A stretch of 63,681 bases of DNA, filler included, from Octopus bimaculoides (Eukaryota): NCBI RefSeq assembly GCF_001194135.2. It is 5 parts of 4 records of this genome, joined end to end, with 100 filler letters (N's around TTAATTAATTAA, not from the genome) between each part and the next. Parts side by side here need not be neighbours in the genome. Positions count along the whole stretch, not along the records: positions 23,727 to 33,634 come from NC_069008.1; positions 33,735 to 50,181 come from NC_068986.1; 3 more parts are not named here. The stretch is one strand, 5' to 3'. Positions within the stretch are counted from its first letter, which is position 1. Every line of letters starts with the position of its first letter. The position numbers were made by a program, and so were the translations under genes. The notes below the pieces were generated by a model. It was not told where the DNA came from and ran no database searches. It saw only the letters and a program-made list of their open reading frames with translations. This document shows, in pieces, positions 26,334 through 38,786 of the stretch.

Positions 26334-26365
<32 letters not shown>

Positions 26366-26420
26366 CAGCAGCAGCAGCAATAGCAACACAACGGCAGCGA
26401 CAACAACAAAAACAAGAAGA
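25780..26420 (+). repeat. (CAA)n/(CAG)n/(CCA)n low-complexity tract
   Basis: Directly visible. Confidence 0.9.
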
Positions 26421-26876
26421 AAATCTGTGAAAATGTTTTTTTTTTTTTTTTTTTTTCCCCCTTCTGGTATGGAAGTTGGCTGAACAAAGAGATTTTCGGA
26501 AATCTTCGCTTTGGAACAAAGAGAGAAAGCTAGGAAGGAGGCAAGAAAGGAAGGAAAAGGAGGAGGGGAAAGAGAGAAGGAAAGGTGGACAGAAGGAGGG
26601 AAAGAAGAAGGGAAGGAAAGAGATTTAAAAGAGAGAAAGAAGTGTGTGTGCGTCGGTGTAGGTGTGTGTATGTGTGTGTGTATGTGCGTGTGTGAATGCC
26701 TGTGTATCTGTGTATGTGTGTGCTTGTGTGTGTATGTATGTGTTAATGTATGCACGTGTGTGTGTGTGTATGCGTGTGAATGTCTGTATGTCTATGTGTG
26801 TGTATGTATGTGCTGATATGTGTGTGTGAGAGCGTAAGTATATATGGTGTACATATATGTATGCCTATGTTGTGTA

Positions 26877-26930
<54 letters not shown>

Positions 26931-27112
26931 CATACACACACACACACATATATGTGAGTGTCTGTGTATTTGTGTGGGTGTGTGTGCATGCAGTATATAC
27001 GTATATCTGTGTGTACCTGTGTGTGTATGGGTTTATATGTTTGCATGTGTTTGTGTATGAGTGTGTATGTATCGCTACATATGTGTGTACGTTCATGTGT
27101 GTGTTTGTGTGT

Positions 27113-27155
<43 letters not shown>

Positions 27156-27742
27156 NNNNNNNNNNNNNNNNNNNNNNNNNNNNNNNNNNNNNNNNNNNNN
27201 NNNNNNNNNNNNNNNNNNNNNNNNNNNNNNNNNNNNNNNNNNNNNNNNNNNNNNNGTGTGTGTGTATGAGTATATGTATACATATTTGCATGTATGTATA
27301 TATACGTATGTATATATGTATACATATGTGTGTGTTTGTGTGTGTGTGTGTGTGTGGCGTCTTTAAGCGATTCAGGTTACCACGAAGCCAATCTGATCAA
27401 TAGACTGAAAGACGTAGCCGATCGATAAAGGTGAAATCGAAGTCTTTGATCGAACTAATCTACACAGTGCTGTCTCACTGAGATATTGGCCGTGTCTGCT
27501 GGCTCTTCTGTCACATCTACATAAGACAGACCTCACCGTGGTTGCCTGCCTGTCTGTCTGTCTGTCTATCTGCCTGCATGCCTGTCGGCCGGTCTGCTTG
27601 CCTGCCTGCCGGTCTGTCTATCGGTCTCTTTGTATGTCTATCTACTTATCTCTCTGTCTATATATAATCAATCGATCGATCTATTGTCTCTATCCATCTC
27701 TCTATTTCTCTCTCTACCTAACTCTCAACTTATCCAGTTATA

Positions 27743-27791
<49 letters not shown>

Positions 27792-28616
27792 ATATATTTC
27801 TCTATCTATATCTTGCTAGATTGCTATATATATATATANNNNNNNNNNNNNNNNNNNNNNNNNNNNNNNNNNNNNNNNNNNNNNNNNNNNNNNNNNNNNN
27901 NNNNNNNNNNNNNNNNNNNNNNNNNNNNNNNNNNNNNNNNNNNNNNNNNNNNNNNNNNNNNNNNNNNNNNNNNNNNNNNNNNNNNNNNNNNNNNNNNNNN
28001 NNNNNNNNNNNNNNNNNNNNNNNNNNNNNNNNNNNNNNNNNNNNNNNNNNNNNNNNNNNNNNNNNNNNNNNNNNNNNNNNNNNNNNNNNNNNNNNNNNNN
28101 NNNNNNNNNNNNNNNNNNNNNNNNNNNNNNNNNNNNNNNNNNNNNNNNNNNNNNNNNNNNNNNNNNNNNNNNNNNNNNNNNNNNNNNNNNNNNNNNNNNN
28201 NNNNNNNNNNNNNNNNNNNNNNNNNNNNNNNNNNNNNNNNNNNNNNNNNNNNNNNNNNNNNNNNNNNNNNNNNNNNNNNNNNNNNNNNNNNNNNNNNNNN
28301 NNNNNNNNNNNNNNNNNNNNNNNNNNNNNNNNNNNNNNNNNNNNNNNNNNNNNNNNNNNNNNNNNNNNNNNNNNNNNNNNNNNNNNNNNNNNNNNNNNNN
28401 NNNNNNNNNNNNNNNNNNNNNNNNNNNNNNNNNNNNNNNNNNNNNNNNNNNNNNNNNNNNNNNNNNNNNNNNNNNNNNNNNNNNNNNNNNNNNNNNNNNN
28501 NNNNNNNNNNNNNNNNNNNNNNNNNNNNNNNNNNNNNNNNNNNNNNNNNNNNNNNNNNNNNNNNNNNNNNNNNNNNNNNNNNNNNNNNNNNNNNNNNNNN
28601 NNNNNNNNNNNNNNNC

Positions 28617-28771
28617 TCCCCGTAACGTTCGACAAGAGGGAGTGATAGAATATGTACTAGGCTTCCAAAGAAGAAGTCCTTGGGTCGATTTGATTCGACT
28701 AAAAAAGACGGTGCTCCAGCATGGCCGCAGTCAAGTGACTGAAACAAGTAAAAGAGTAAAGAGTAAGAGTA
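28617..28771 (+). mobile_element. SINE family A 3' half (5' part in gap)
   Basis: GGTGCTCCAGCATGGCCGCAGTCAAGTGACTGAAACAAGTAAAAGAGTAAAAGAG. Confidence 0.88.
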
Positions 28772-29213
28772 TATACGTCTATATATATATATATATATGC
28801 GTGTATGTATGCACGTGTGTGTGTGTGTGTCTATGCGCTTGTTTACCCATTGGTCTACCCGTCGTCATTCGCACAGATCCGAAGCCATGCCATCTCTTAG
28901 CTTTTAAGACACTTTGCACTTACACTGATTAAATATGTCGCTCAGTTTAACCGGTACTCAACTATCTACGTTCATGCAAACATGACTGCTGGCTATATAG
29001 CCACATATGCACATATACAAGTGTGTGTGTGTGTGTGTGCGTGTGCGTGCATACACACATATATATATATAAAATATATGGATATGTTTTATATACTTTG
29101 GGATATATATATACATGTGCCTGTGCGGGTTTATATATATACGTATAAGTACATATATATATATATTTGTATATGTATGTGTGTTTATATATGTATACCT
29201 ATATATATTTATT

Positions 29214-29317
<104 letters not shown>

Positions 29318-29553
29318 CATATATATATATATATGTATATATTTATATGTATATATATATATGTATGTATATATGTATATATTTATATGTATATATATAT
29401 GTATGTATATATGTGTATATTTATATGTATATATGTGTATATATATATACGTGTGTGTATATTTATATATATATGTCACTCTCCCTGTATATGTGGCTTG
29501 TGTGTGTGTATATATATATATATGTCACTCTGTCGGTATATGAGGCTTGTATA

Positions 29554-29640
29554 TAATTTCACGAGCAGGCTGTTCCGTTGATCGGATCAACTGGAACCCT
29601 CGTCGTCGTAAGCGACGGAGTGCCAACGACAACCAACAAC
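29554..29640 (+). mobile_element. SINE family C 3' fragment
   Basis: TTTCACGAGCAGGCTGTTCCGTTGATCGGATCAACTGGAACCCTCGTCGTCGTAAGCGACGGAGTGCCAAC. Confidence 0.9.
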
Positions 29641-29774
29641 ATGGCTGCCACTGGTTTTATATAAAGAGATCTTTATATTTTAACTCGTAAAGAAAGAATA
29701 TCCATGAATGTGGTGTTGAGAACTCTTTCTAGTTGCTCGATATTTGCGCGCGCGCGCGTGTATATGTGTGTACA

Positions 29775-30010
29775 ATGTCGATGCAAAAAACGTGGGAAAT
29801 TTTAGAAGACGACAAACCAGCATGGAAACCTTAGAGAGCGAAGCAGTTAAACAGCTGGAGGTAGAAAGCATTTGGCCCTCGAAGGAAAACGCCAAAGCAA
29901 GAAAGACTACGTACGGTAGCCCTGCAGCGCCTTCTTCTATGCTTGCAGATTTTGCAGCAGAACTCCGGTCATGAAACAGGAGGGACCAGCCTGAAGAGAA
30001 GCTGCAGAAA
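29775..30010 (+). mobile_element. RTE-clade LINE 3' relic
   Basis: TWEILEDDKPAWK followed by a CxxC (ACRFCSR) resembles the RTE ORF C-terminus. Confidence 0.5.
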
Positions 30011-30700
30011 AAAAAAACTACAAGTACTTAATTAAGACTTGCTCCGCTTATTAGACCATCTGTCAAGACTTAGAGAATCGAATATGTGTCTATACATACA
30101 TACATATATATATATGTGTGTATATGTATAGATACATATATATATGTGTGTGTGTGTGTGTGTAATTTATTTTATTGATTTACAATCGTTTCCTCGAAAA
30201 ACCAATCTCCTGAGCATCACTATATCTTAATATAATGATATATGTTGACAAGAGTTGTCTAGCTTTATTATCTAAAGACAACCTGATTAATAGACACTCC
30301 GAACTTATCATGAGATGTCACCATAAGTTGGGATAACGTTTTATGAAATACAGAACGAAATACTAATTAGTGAATTATTAATTGCTAATGTTACTGTCCG
30401 ATACTCATTGTGAGAGAATTTCTCAACGGATTTCTCTAGAAATGTGTTTGTAGTACTATATCATTTGTTTGGCAGGAATTTTGTTAGGTGTTACGGCCTT
30501 TTAAATTTTAGCTTTTTACGTAATTGCTTAGAAGTGTGACAGGATATTGAAAAGTATTTTTATTGTTGAGGAACATCCCGTGTGTTTTCAAATTTGACTA
30601 AGTCAGTTAAAATGTATGTTGGAGGGGGGAAAATATGTTCTTTCCTTATCTATTTGTGGTCTTTATCTCTGTGAATTTAAGTTCAACTAATGTCAGTTGT

Positions 30701-30960
30701 GGAGGCACATGGCCCAGTGGTTAGAGGAGCGGACTCGAGGTCGCGGGTTCGATCTCAGACCGAATGATGTGCGTGTTTATGAGCGACTCCGGCAGAAGGA
30801 AATGGCGAACTTCTGCTGACTCTTTCGCTACAACTTTCTCTCACTCTTTCCTCACCTGCAGCTCTCCTGCGACGGACCAGGTGGGGAACCTATACGCAAA
30901 TGAAACCGGGAAACAGGCCCTTTATGAGCAAGGCATGGCTCGAGAAGGAACAAACAACAA
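30701..30960 (+). mobile_element. tRNA-derived SINE with family-C-like head/body and a different tail
   Basis: A-box TGGCCCAGTGG, B-box GGTTCGATCTC; body CAACTTTCTCTCACTCTT shared with family C; (CAA)n-like end. Confidence 0.85.
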
Positions 30961-31400
30961 TGTCAGTTACGTCTACCTGCTTAGCCTTAGTTGCTTAAAG
31001 TTTATCAACCAGCGTCCAGTATCGGCAAGCAAATGCCATCTTGAAGAAAACTCAGACGATAACTGAGAGAACCCGCCTTTGAATAGTGTTGAAAAAGAGA
31101 ACGATAAAACCCAGCTAGAGAAATGATGAACCCACAATGGACTGGGGGTCGAATACTAGTCGAACGAGCAGTTGAGACTTCACATCTATGAGTTTGGGGA
31201 GGGAGGCGGTGCACGTTTTCTCCTGGTGAGGCCTGAGACCTACTGAAATCCACTATGCAGAATTTTCGACCGTCTGCACTTGAACAAGCAGAAATGTTTC
31301 CCAATCCTTTTTCGTGTTGATACACAGGACATCCACTTATTACCACTGTGTAACAAAATTATTTCCTTTTTCTTTGATAAGGTGGTGCTATTTATTTGTT

Positions 31401-31788
31401 TCTATCTAGAAAGCAAAGGAAATGACTGCTATTCCCTTCAACCTTTTCTTTTCTGATCTGGACATCAATGTTTTGAAACTGACCTATTTTTCCATTACGT
31501 TTTAAACAGATTCAGCACTAAGATGCTGAAGCAGAAATATCGTTATAGCAAACATTCTGCTCAATACTACAGATTTGCTTGTGGTTAGTGTTTTTTCTTA
31601 CTCGCTTCTATCTAGAAAACAGAATAAAAGACAACTGTTCTCTTCAAACTTTGCTTTCGTCACGTGGATATCGATGTTTTGAAACTCGCCTATTTTTCCA
31701 TTACGTTTCAAACAGATTCAGCACCGAGTTGCTGAAGCAGAAATATCGTTATAGCAAACATTCTGCTCAATACCACAGATTTGCTTGT
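31401..31788. repeat. Tandem duplication, about 207-bp period (31401-31581 and 31607-31788)
   Basis: 3' about 115 bp differ at about 8 positions; preceded at 31344 by CACTGTGTAACAAAA, a possible Chapaev/CACTA-like terminus. Confidence 0.85.
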
Positions 31789-32587
31789 CCTTAAGTACCT
31801 TAGCATGCCACACTTAGCAGCTGACAATACATGCATCTCTGATCATAAGCAAGAGTAGTGAGGGGGGGGGGGCATCATAGCCATATGCTGAAGATTTCCT
31901 CTGGGTATGAATAAATGTAACACAAAGGTTGAAGGAAGTAGCCATTTTCCATACTTTCCAGGGGTAAACAAATAGGGAATAACTGTTATCAATGGAATAT
32001 CTATTTTCGATATCTGACTGAATCTGTGTATACGGGTGCATGTGTACGCCCGACTCCTGATTCTGTGCTAAGCATCCAACACCTACGGTGCCAGCTTATG
32101 TCTAACAGATATAAAGCGGCAGAAGAAAAAATAGATTACAAGCTCCGTTTCAGACAGTGTCGACAAGGCTATCGTTCATTATATTGTCTAAAAACAGAAA
32201 CTTTTCTTCTCGTGTGTGCCTTTACCATTTCTTTTCTTGTTTTTTTTTTTCGATTCACCTGTTTCTTAACCGATCAACTCAAATTATGGTTTCTATTATC
32301 TTGTTTGGTTTGCAGTATGTAAACGTAGCCATTTAAACATACCCATCTCGGTATTGGTATAAACTATTGTTATCTCGAGTTTCCACAGCAAATAGCTTTT
32401 ATCAATGGTTCTGAAGAATCGATCTTCGATTTTGTGTTTAGGACACCTCATGAACCAATGGTTACATATACTATTGTATAATGATATAGTAATGCTCTTG
32501 AGATCAATTTTCGATGAAACAATTGTAAATCAATGAAATAAAAAAAGGACTTGTTCACTCAAGTCTCTTTGATTTTTATATGTAAGT

Positions 32588-32785
32588 GAAGGCATGTGGC
32601 CTAGTGGTTAGAGCGTCAGACTCGTAAACGGAAGAATGTGGTTTCGATTCCTGCATCAGGTGACGCGTTAGGATTTTGAGCAAAACAGTTCACTTCATGT
32701 TACTGTAGTCCATTCAGCTGTTCAAGGAATAATATATGTGCCACAGAAACCGGCAAACCGGCCCCTATGAGTCGGAAAGGATGTC
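32588..32785 (+). mobile_element. tRNA-derived SINE family E
   Basis: A-box TGGCCTAGTGG, B-box GTTTCGATTCC, central TTGAGCAAAACA..CAGCTG. Confidence 0.8.
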
Positions 32786-33960
32786 ATCTCTCTCCTTTAT
32801 CTCGATATTGGTATAAACTTTTAAACCGAATTTCCACTGCGAATACTTTTTATGAATGGTTCCGAAGAATCGATCCCCGATTTTGTGTCTAGGAAACCAT
32901 ATGAACTAATGATTGCATATATTGCTGCAATGTGGACCGACGTGAACTCTGCACGAGATATCAGCCTGGAGGACGCGCGAGAAGCCGGGAGGACGTTAGA
33001 GGAGACGGGAATACGACGATAAATGGTAAATACAGCAACGCGCTGCAGTAGTGTATACCGTCAGACGTAACCTTATATCTCCACCATTGAGACACCAATT
33101 TACAGCAGAACAAACTTTCAAAAGTTGCTTGTACTAGTAGACCAATTATATAAAAATCTTACAACTTATGCCTTGCAGAGAAGTTCCATATCATCCGTTT
33201 AGTTACTATGTTCTTACATTTAAAAAAAATAAATAAAACGTACTAAGGTTGATTTACAGACAAATGCCAATTTTTTTTCCTTTGAGAATTTCAAAAGAGA
33301 ACATGAATCAAGCATCAGAGGTGACAACCTGCAATTTGACTCTCTTCAGCTGTCTTAAGTAATGCTATCGGTTTCCGAAATGAGCACGTGTACACTTTTA
33401 CACATGCGCACATATTAATGAATAAATAAATATATGTATATACATGAGCATGTGTATGTATGTATGTGTGCGTGTGTATTTATATATATGGTTATGTATG
33501 TATGCATATCGGTACTCCAGCACGGCCACGTGTAAAAGAATAGGAGCTTATGTATATGTATGTATGTGATTATATGCACTGTATACATATATATCTTTAT
33601 GAACAACTATATGTGTATGTCCGTGTGTGTATATNNNNNNNNNNNNNNNNNNNNNNNNNNNNNNNNNNNNNNNNNNNNTTAATTAATTAANNNNNNNNNN
33701 NNNNNNNNNNNNNNNNNNNNNNNNNNNNNNNNNNATATATATATATATATATATATACATACGCACCCTTTTCCACATACTAAATCATATAAATGACACG
33801 GGATAAGGAAATTATAGCAATAAACTTCATTAATTTATTGCAGTTTGTACTATAAGATGCATTATACTTAGCGATGAAACCTTAGAGCTTCCTTGGATAA
33901 ACACCCACACATGAACGCGCGCACGCACACTCACACACACACGTATATATGTATATATAA

Positions 33961-34280
33961 GAAGCTTGATCTCAACCGCATGGTTCATTCCCAGTGTGTG
34001 GCACTTTGGGCATAAGTTTTCTACTGTAGCTTCCATCTGACTAAAGTCTGTGTGTGTGTGTCTGCCTTTGTGCCTCAAATTACTCTCTACCACCCCTTGA
34101 CAACTGGTGTTTTACATCCCAGAAACCTAGCGGTTTGGGGCAAAATGTGACCGATAGAATACATACCAAGCTTTAAAAGAAAAAAAAAAGAAATATTGAT
34201 GTAGATCCATTCGACCAAAATTTCTTGAAGGTGGTGCCCCAACATGGCTGATGTCCAATGACTGAAAGAAGTAAAAGAGA
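33961..34280 (+). mobile_element. SINE family A, diverged
   Basis: GTGGCACTTTGGGCA..TTGACAAC..GACCGATAGAATA..GACTGAAAGAAGTAAAAGA. Confidence 0.8.
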
Positions 34281-34439
34281 TATTTATTCGTATATCAAGG
34301 TTACATGTCATAAGCAAATTTTCTGAAGAAAATAACATACAATTTATTGCATGGAAATTCCAAACTTCCCACTGTGAATCAGCTTGTTCTCACATGCGGT
34401 AACAAAGTTATTTCGGACCAAATGAGCGGCAATCACATA

Positions 34440-34769
34440 GATAACCATAGTGTGCGGCCTGGGGATTGAGACGAAGAACGACGCATCGTTTCATGTACAT
34501 ATTACCATGATAGTGGCAATGTGCAGGCGAATGGCCAGATGGATTCAAAGAACTTTCGTAACAAGCTACCAGAAAATTATAATGGTCATATGGAGGAAAT
34601 TTGTCTTAAGCTGGTTGATCTACTACTCTAAACTGTGGTCACCCAACAATGTCATTTTATTGGCAGAACTCGAGGTAGTTTAGTAGTGCTGCACCAAAAA
34701 GATTGCAGCTCTGAAACACTAAAGCTACTTGGATAGACTGAAGGGATTACGATTTTACAGTTTGGATCT

Positions 34770-34817
<48 letters not shown>

Positions 34818-35100
34818 GTGATATACATATGAAAGATCCTTGAGAGATTGGCACCAAATTTTGGCATCGAGAATTATACCAGTCTCCGAACAAGAAGTCA
34901 CTGCTCTGTTTCAAAGCCCTACCATGCATTCTAGAGTAAGGACTAGGTACTTCAATAGCTTGGGATTCAAAAGCACACATGCATTACATATCTTGCCAAA
35001 ATACCCGAGAGATTTACATGATGTATAGGTAGAGTTTTTGAAAACGCACTTTGAACAGCTGCTGCTCAGCATCCCAGATGAACTTACATTACGGCAAGAA
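34440..35100 (+). mobile_element. CR1/L2-type LINE RT C-terminal fragment
   Basis: LGIETKNDASFHVHI..RMARWIQRTF..LWSP..SYLDRLKGLRFYSL..AVIYI*KILERLAP. Confidence 0.85.
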
Positions 35101-35807
35101 ATTCAAACAAAGGGCAGCAAGATACCCCTACCACATTAATTAAAAGCCACCCTTACAGAAATAGCCATTGAATGAACAATGCTTGCAATGCGATAATGAA
35201 ATCTGTAAATAACAAAACTGGAAGAAGTTATCGAGTTCTATAGCTGCTTCACAAGTTCATAGTTGTTGAAGATAGAGAAAAATGTGGCATAACAACACAT
35301 ATAACCTTATCTTTTACGAGTTAGGAGATAACATGACACTCAAGGGAATAGGAAGGTAATCGAAGTGATAGGTTAGCTGTCAGAAACGAAAGATGCAAGA
35401 TGTGTACTAATCTCAGCCAAACCCTTACATGTAGTAGCAGCATAGGGGAGTAATATAAAATTCAGAGTTTGGTGTACTACTTAATAAAAATTAAGCAAAA
35501 TTCTTCCAGGGAACAAATTAATTACGCTAAATAATGTTAAATAAATTAAAGTAAGGATACAGGGAAGCTGAGATTCCTTACGAATTTTTTCGGACAATAT
35601 CCAATCCCAGTGGTTAAATCAGACGAAAAGAAGGGTGAACAACAAAATTGTCTTTGAGGTTGAACAGTCGTATATAACTATTTAAAAAACACACCGAACA
35701 GCTACAAAACATTCGTAACGTTATGTAAGATGTATCCAATGAGCTTTTGAAACACATGTAATGCTCGATTATATCTTCCAGACCATTTATCTTCAGACAT
35801 GGTTATT

Positions 35808-35838
<31 letters not shown>

Positions 35839-35843
35839 GCACA

Positions 35844-35893
<50 letters not shown>

Positions 35894-36020
35894 CAGTCAC
35901 ACGCACACGAACATACTTTTTAACATGAATACATTGATAGTGTCAATCCTATCCTCGCTAAAGTATACTAATGAAGAATTATGAAGTTGCACTCTAACCA
36001 AATGTACTGAGTACTTCTGT

Positions 36021-36067
<47 letters not shown>

Positions 36068-36178
36068 CGTCTATGTGTGTTTGTGTGTTCATGTGTGTGT
36101 TCATTTGTATGTGTGTGTGTGGACGAATTTAAAAACTTCATACATGTGTGTACATGCGTAGGTGCATGTATTATACTC

Positions 36179-36682
36179 TGTTACTTGTTTCAGTCATTTG
36201 ACTGTGGCCATGCTAGAGCACTGCCTTTAGTCCAGCAAATCGAACCTAGGACTTATTCTTTGTAAGCCTAGTACTTATTCTATCGGTCTCTTTTGCCGAA
36301 ACGCTATGATACGGGGATGTAAACACAACAGCATCGGTTGTCAAGTGATGTTGGGGGCCAAACACAAACACACACACATATANNNNNNNNNNNNNNNNNN
36401 NNNNNNNNNNNNNNNNNNNNNNNNNNNNNATATATATATAAATTGTAAATGCAAAAATTAAAAAAATAAATTGTAAATGCAAAAATAAATTGTAAATGCA
36501 AAAATAAAAAAATTGTAAATGCAAAAATATATACATATATACGACGGGCTTCTTTCAGTCACCATCTACCAAATGCACTCACAATGCTTTAGTCGGCCCG
36601 AGGCTATAGTTGAAGACGCTTGCTCAAGGTCCCACGCAGTGGGACTGAACCCGAAACCATGTGATTCGTAAGCAAGCTACTT
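36179..36682 (-). mobile_element. SINE family A body; its first 18 nt lie at 37369-37386, beyond a LINE insertion
   Basis: Colinear with 23225 and 41875 copies up to AAGTAGCTTGCTTAC; ATAGGCGCAGGAGTCGCT at 37369-37386. Confidence 0.9.
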
Positions 36683-37368
36683 TATTTCATAAATATTTGC
36701 CATAAAGACATTACAAACAGGGGGCGAACATGGACAGACAAACATAAATGGGTGAAGTAGCTGTATCGATTAAATATTTACAATTTTAAATATACAATAA
36801 TAATTTGATTACATTTACAATGTTCGATGAAAGCATTACTCATTACAGATGCAATTTGCAATGGCTTTCCTGAAGGATAGGCATCCGAACACCAGGGTAG
36901 ACCCCTTGCTTTGTTGTTCCCTTGTTTTTGGCTTCCACTTACCTGGTGCCAAACACTCCCAGCTTCCTCGCCACAGGCTTCCATCTTCTCATCAATCTGT
37001 TTCGTGACTGATACCTCTTCTCCAGCCTGATCTTACTACTGAAGGTGGTAACAAAAAAAGTTAACTAACCCCTGGCGAGATACAAAGGTACCCGTCACTA
37101 TGCCTCTTACACGCGTCTTCCATACTGGTTCTTTCAGTATGGCTACAACGCAGGAAAAGCAAGCCTTCCTTTCCTTGTTGAGGGAAGGAGGCGGCACAAT
37201 CTCGATGATAGATTCAGCTGATAGCTGTACTCTTCCCATCGATGACAATAGTTGTTCTGCGAAAACTATCAGTCTCGTTAATTCCGGACATTCCACGAAT
37301 GCGTGCAAGACAGTTTCCCTGTCCTGTCCGCACCACGGACAGGTCGGCGATACGGCACTTCCGTGCCT
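36683..37368 (-). mobile_element. 5'-truncated L1/Tx1-clade LINE (ORF2 CCHC C-terminus plus 3' UTR)
   Basis: CPWCGQDRETVLHAFVEC (C-x2-C-x8-H-x4-C knuckle), followed by ..LKEPVWKTR..; 3' end ..ATGAAATAAA. Confidence 0.82.
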
Positions 37369-38076
37369 AGCGACTCCTGCGCCTATTCTTTAATAAATAT
37401 GTATAGATTCATAATTAGCTTGGATGAAGTAAATTGGAGAGAAATCCAATGAATAGATTTATACATAGGTTTCGTGAAGCAATCTAGAAAATGAAATTAA
37501 AAAACATGAGTATGTATACGTTTTTAAATAATATTCGGCAGAAATTACAGAGTAACAGAAGAGCCGAGAGTTTCGTGCGTCTGAGAGAGAAAAAAGAAAT
37601 AGATTGTTGTGAGTACTTCAGTTAGTATGTAACTGTGTGAGTAAATGAGCAAGCGAGTAGCTAAATAAGGTAATACTGACTAAATCAGTAAAGAGGTAAT
37701 GGTATGGAATGAATGAAGGGAGCAGTTTGAGACCACTGAAATTGTGAAGTCAGCGATATAGCGACGAAGAGCTAGGAAGAATCAGGAAAAAAATGATAAC
37801 GCAGAGAATGGTGATCGATAGGCTGGTGAGGGAGACTGTTATCATAAAATCAAGGTATTTCAGCATTCCAGTCCAATTAATAGCAATGCATGACATTGAA
37901 GTGAATTAGCTGACAACTTTCATCTTCTAATACTTGTTGATATCAGTGAAACAAGCCTAAGTTAAGCACACACCACACTCCTGGCAGGCACTTCTATAAG
38001 CTGTCACTCACACGGCATCTCTCTCTTACTTTCTCTCGTTCTCTCCCTCCCCTCTCTTTCTATCTCTCTCCCTCTC

Positions 38077-38127
<51 letters not shown>

Positions 38128-38786
38128 NNNNNNNNNNNNNNNNNNNNNNNNNNNNNNNNNNNNNNNNNNNNNNNNNNNNNNNNNNNNNNNNNNNNNNNNN
38201 NNNNNNNNNNNNNNNNNNNNNNNNNNNNNNNNNNNNNNNNNNNNNNNNNNNNNNNNNNNNNNNNNNNNNNNNNNNNNNNNNNNNNNNNNNNNNNNNNNNN
38301 NNNNNNNNNNNNNNNNNNNNNNNNNNNNNNNNNNNNNNNNNNNNNNNNNNNNNNNNNNNNNNNNNNNNNNNNNNNNNNNNNNNNNNNNNNNNNNNNNNNN
38401 NNNNNNNNNNNNNNNNNNNNNNNNNNNNNNNNNNNNNNNNNNNNNNNNNNNNNNNNNNNNNNNNNNNNNNNNNNNNNNNNNNNNNNNNNNNNNNNNNNNN
38501 NNNNNNNNNNNNNNNNNNNNNNNNNNNNNNNNNNNNNNNNNNNNNNNNNNNNNNNNNNNNNNNNNNNATATATATATATATATATATATATACAAATGAA
38601 GTATAATAATAAGAAAATTCATATGTCGGGGAAATAAGTTTGAAAAAGAACAATTCAAACTTTTTGAGAGGTCCAAAAATAGTGCAAGAAAGATTTCTAA
38701 TAAAGATTCATCATATTCATGAAAAAACAGACAGAGTAAGTAATAAGAATATGAAAATAGTAGTTGAAAAATATCGCTATAGGTAT

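Noticed and set aside
25495-26755. PolyQ/polyL/polyC ORFs
   Set aside because: Low-complexity CAA/CAG tract starting inside a SINE and microsatellite; no domain or splice support.
30701-30765. tRNA gene (also 32588)
   Set aside because: A/B boxes are present, but there is no complete cloverleaf and the sequence continues into a SINE body.
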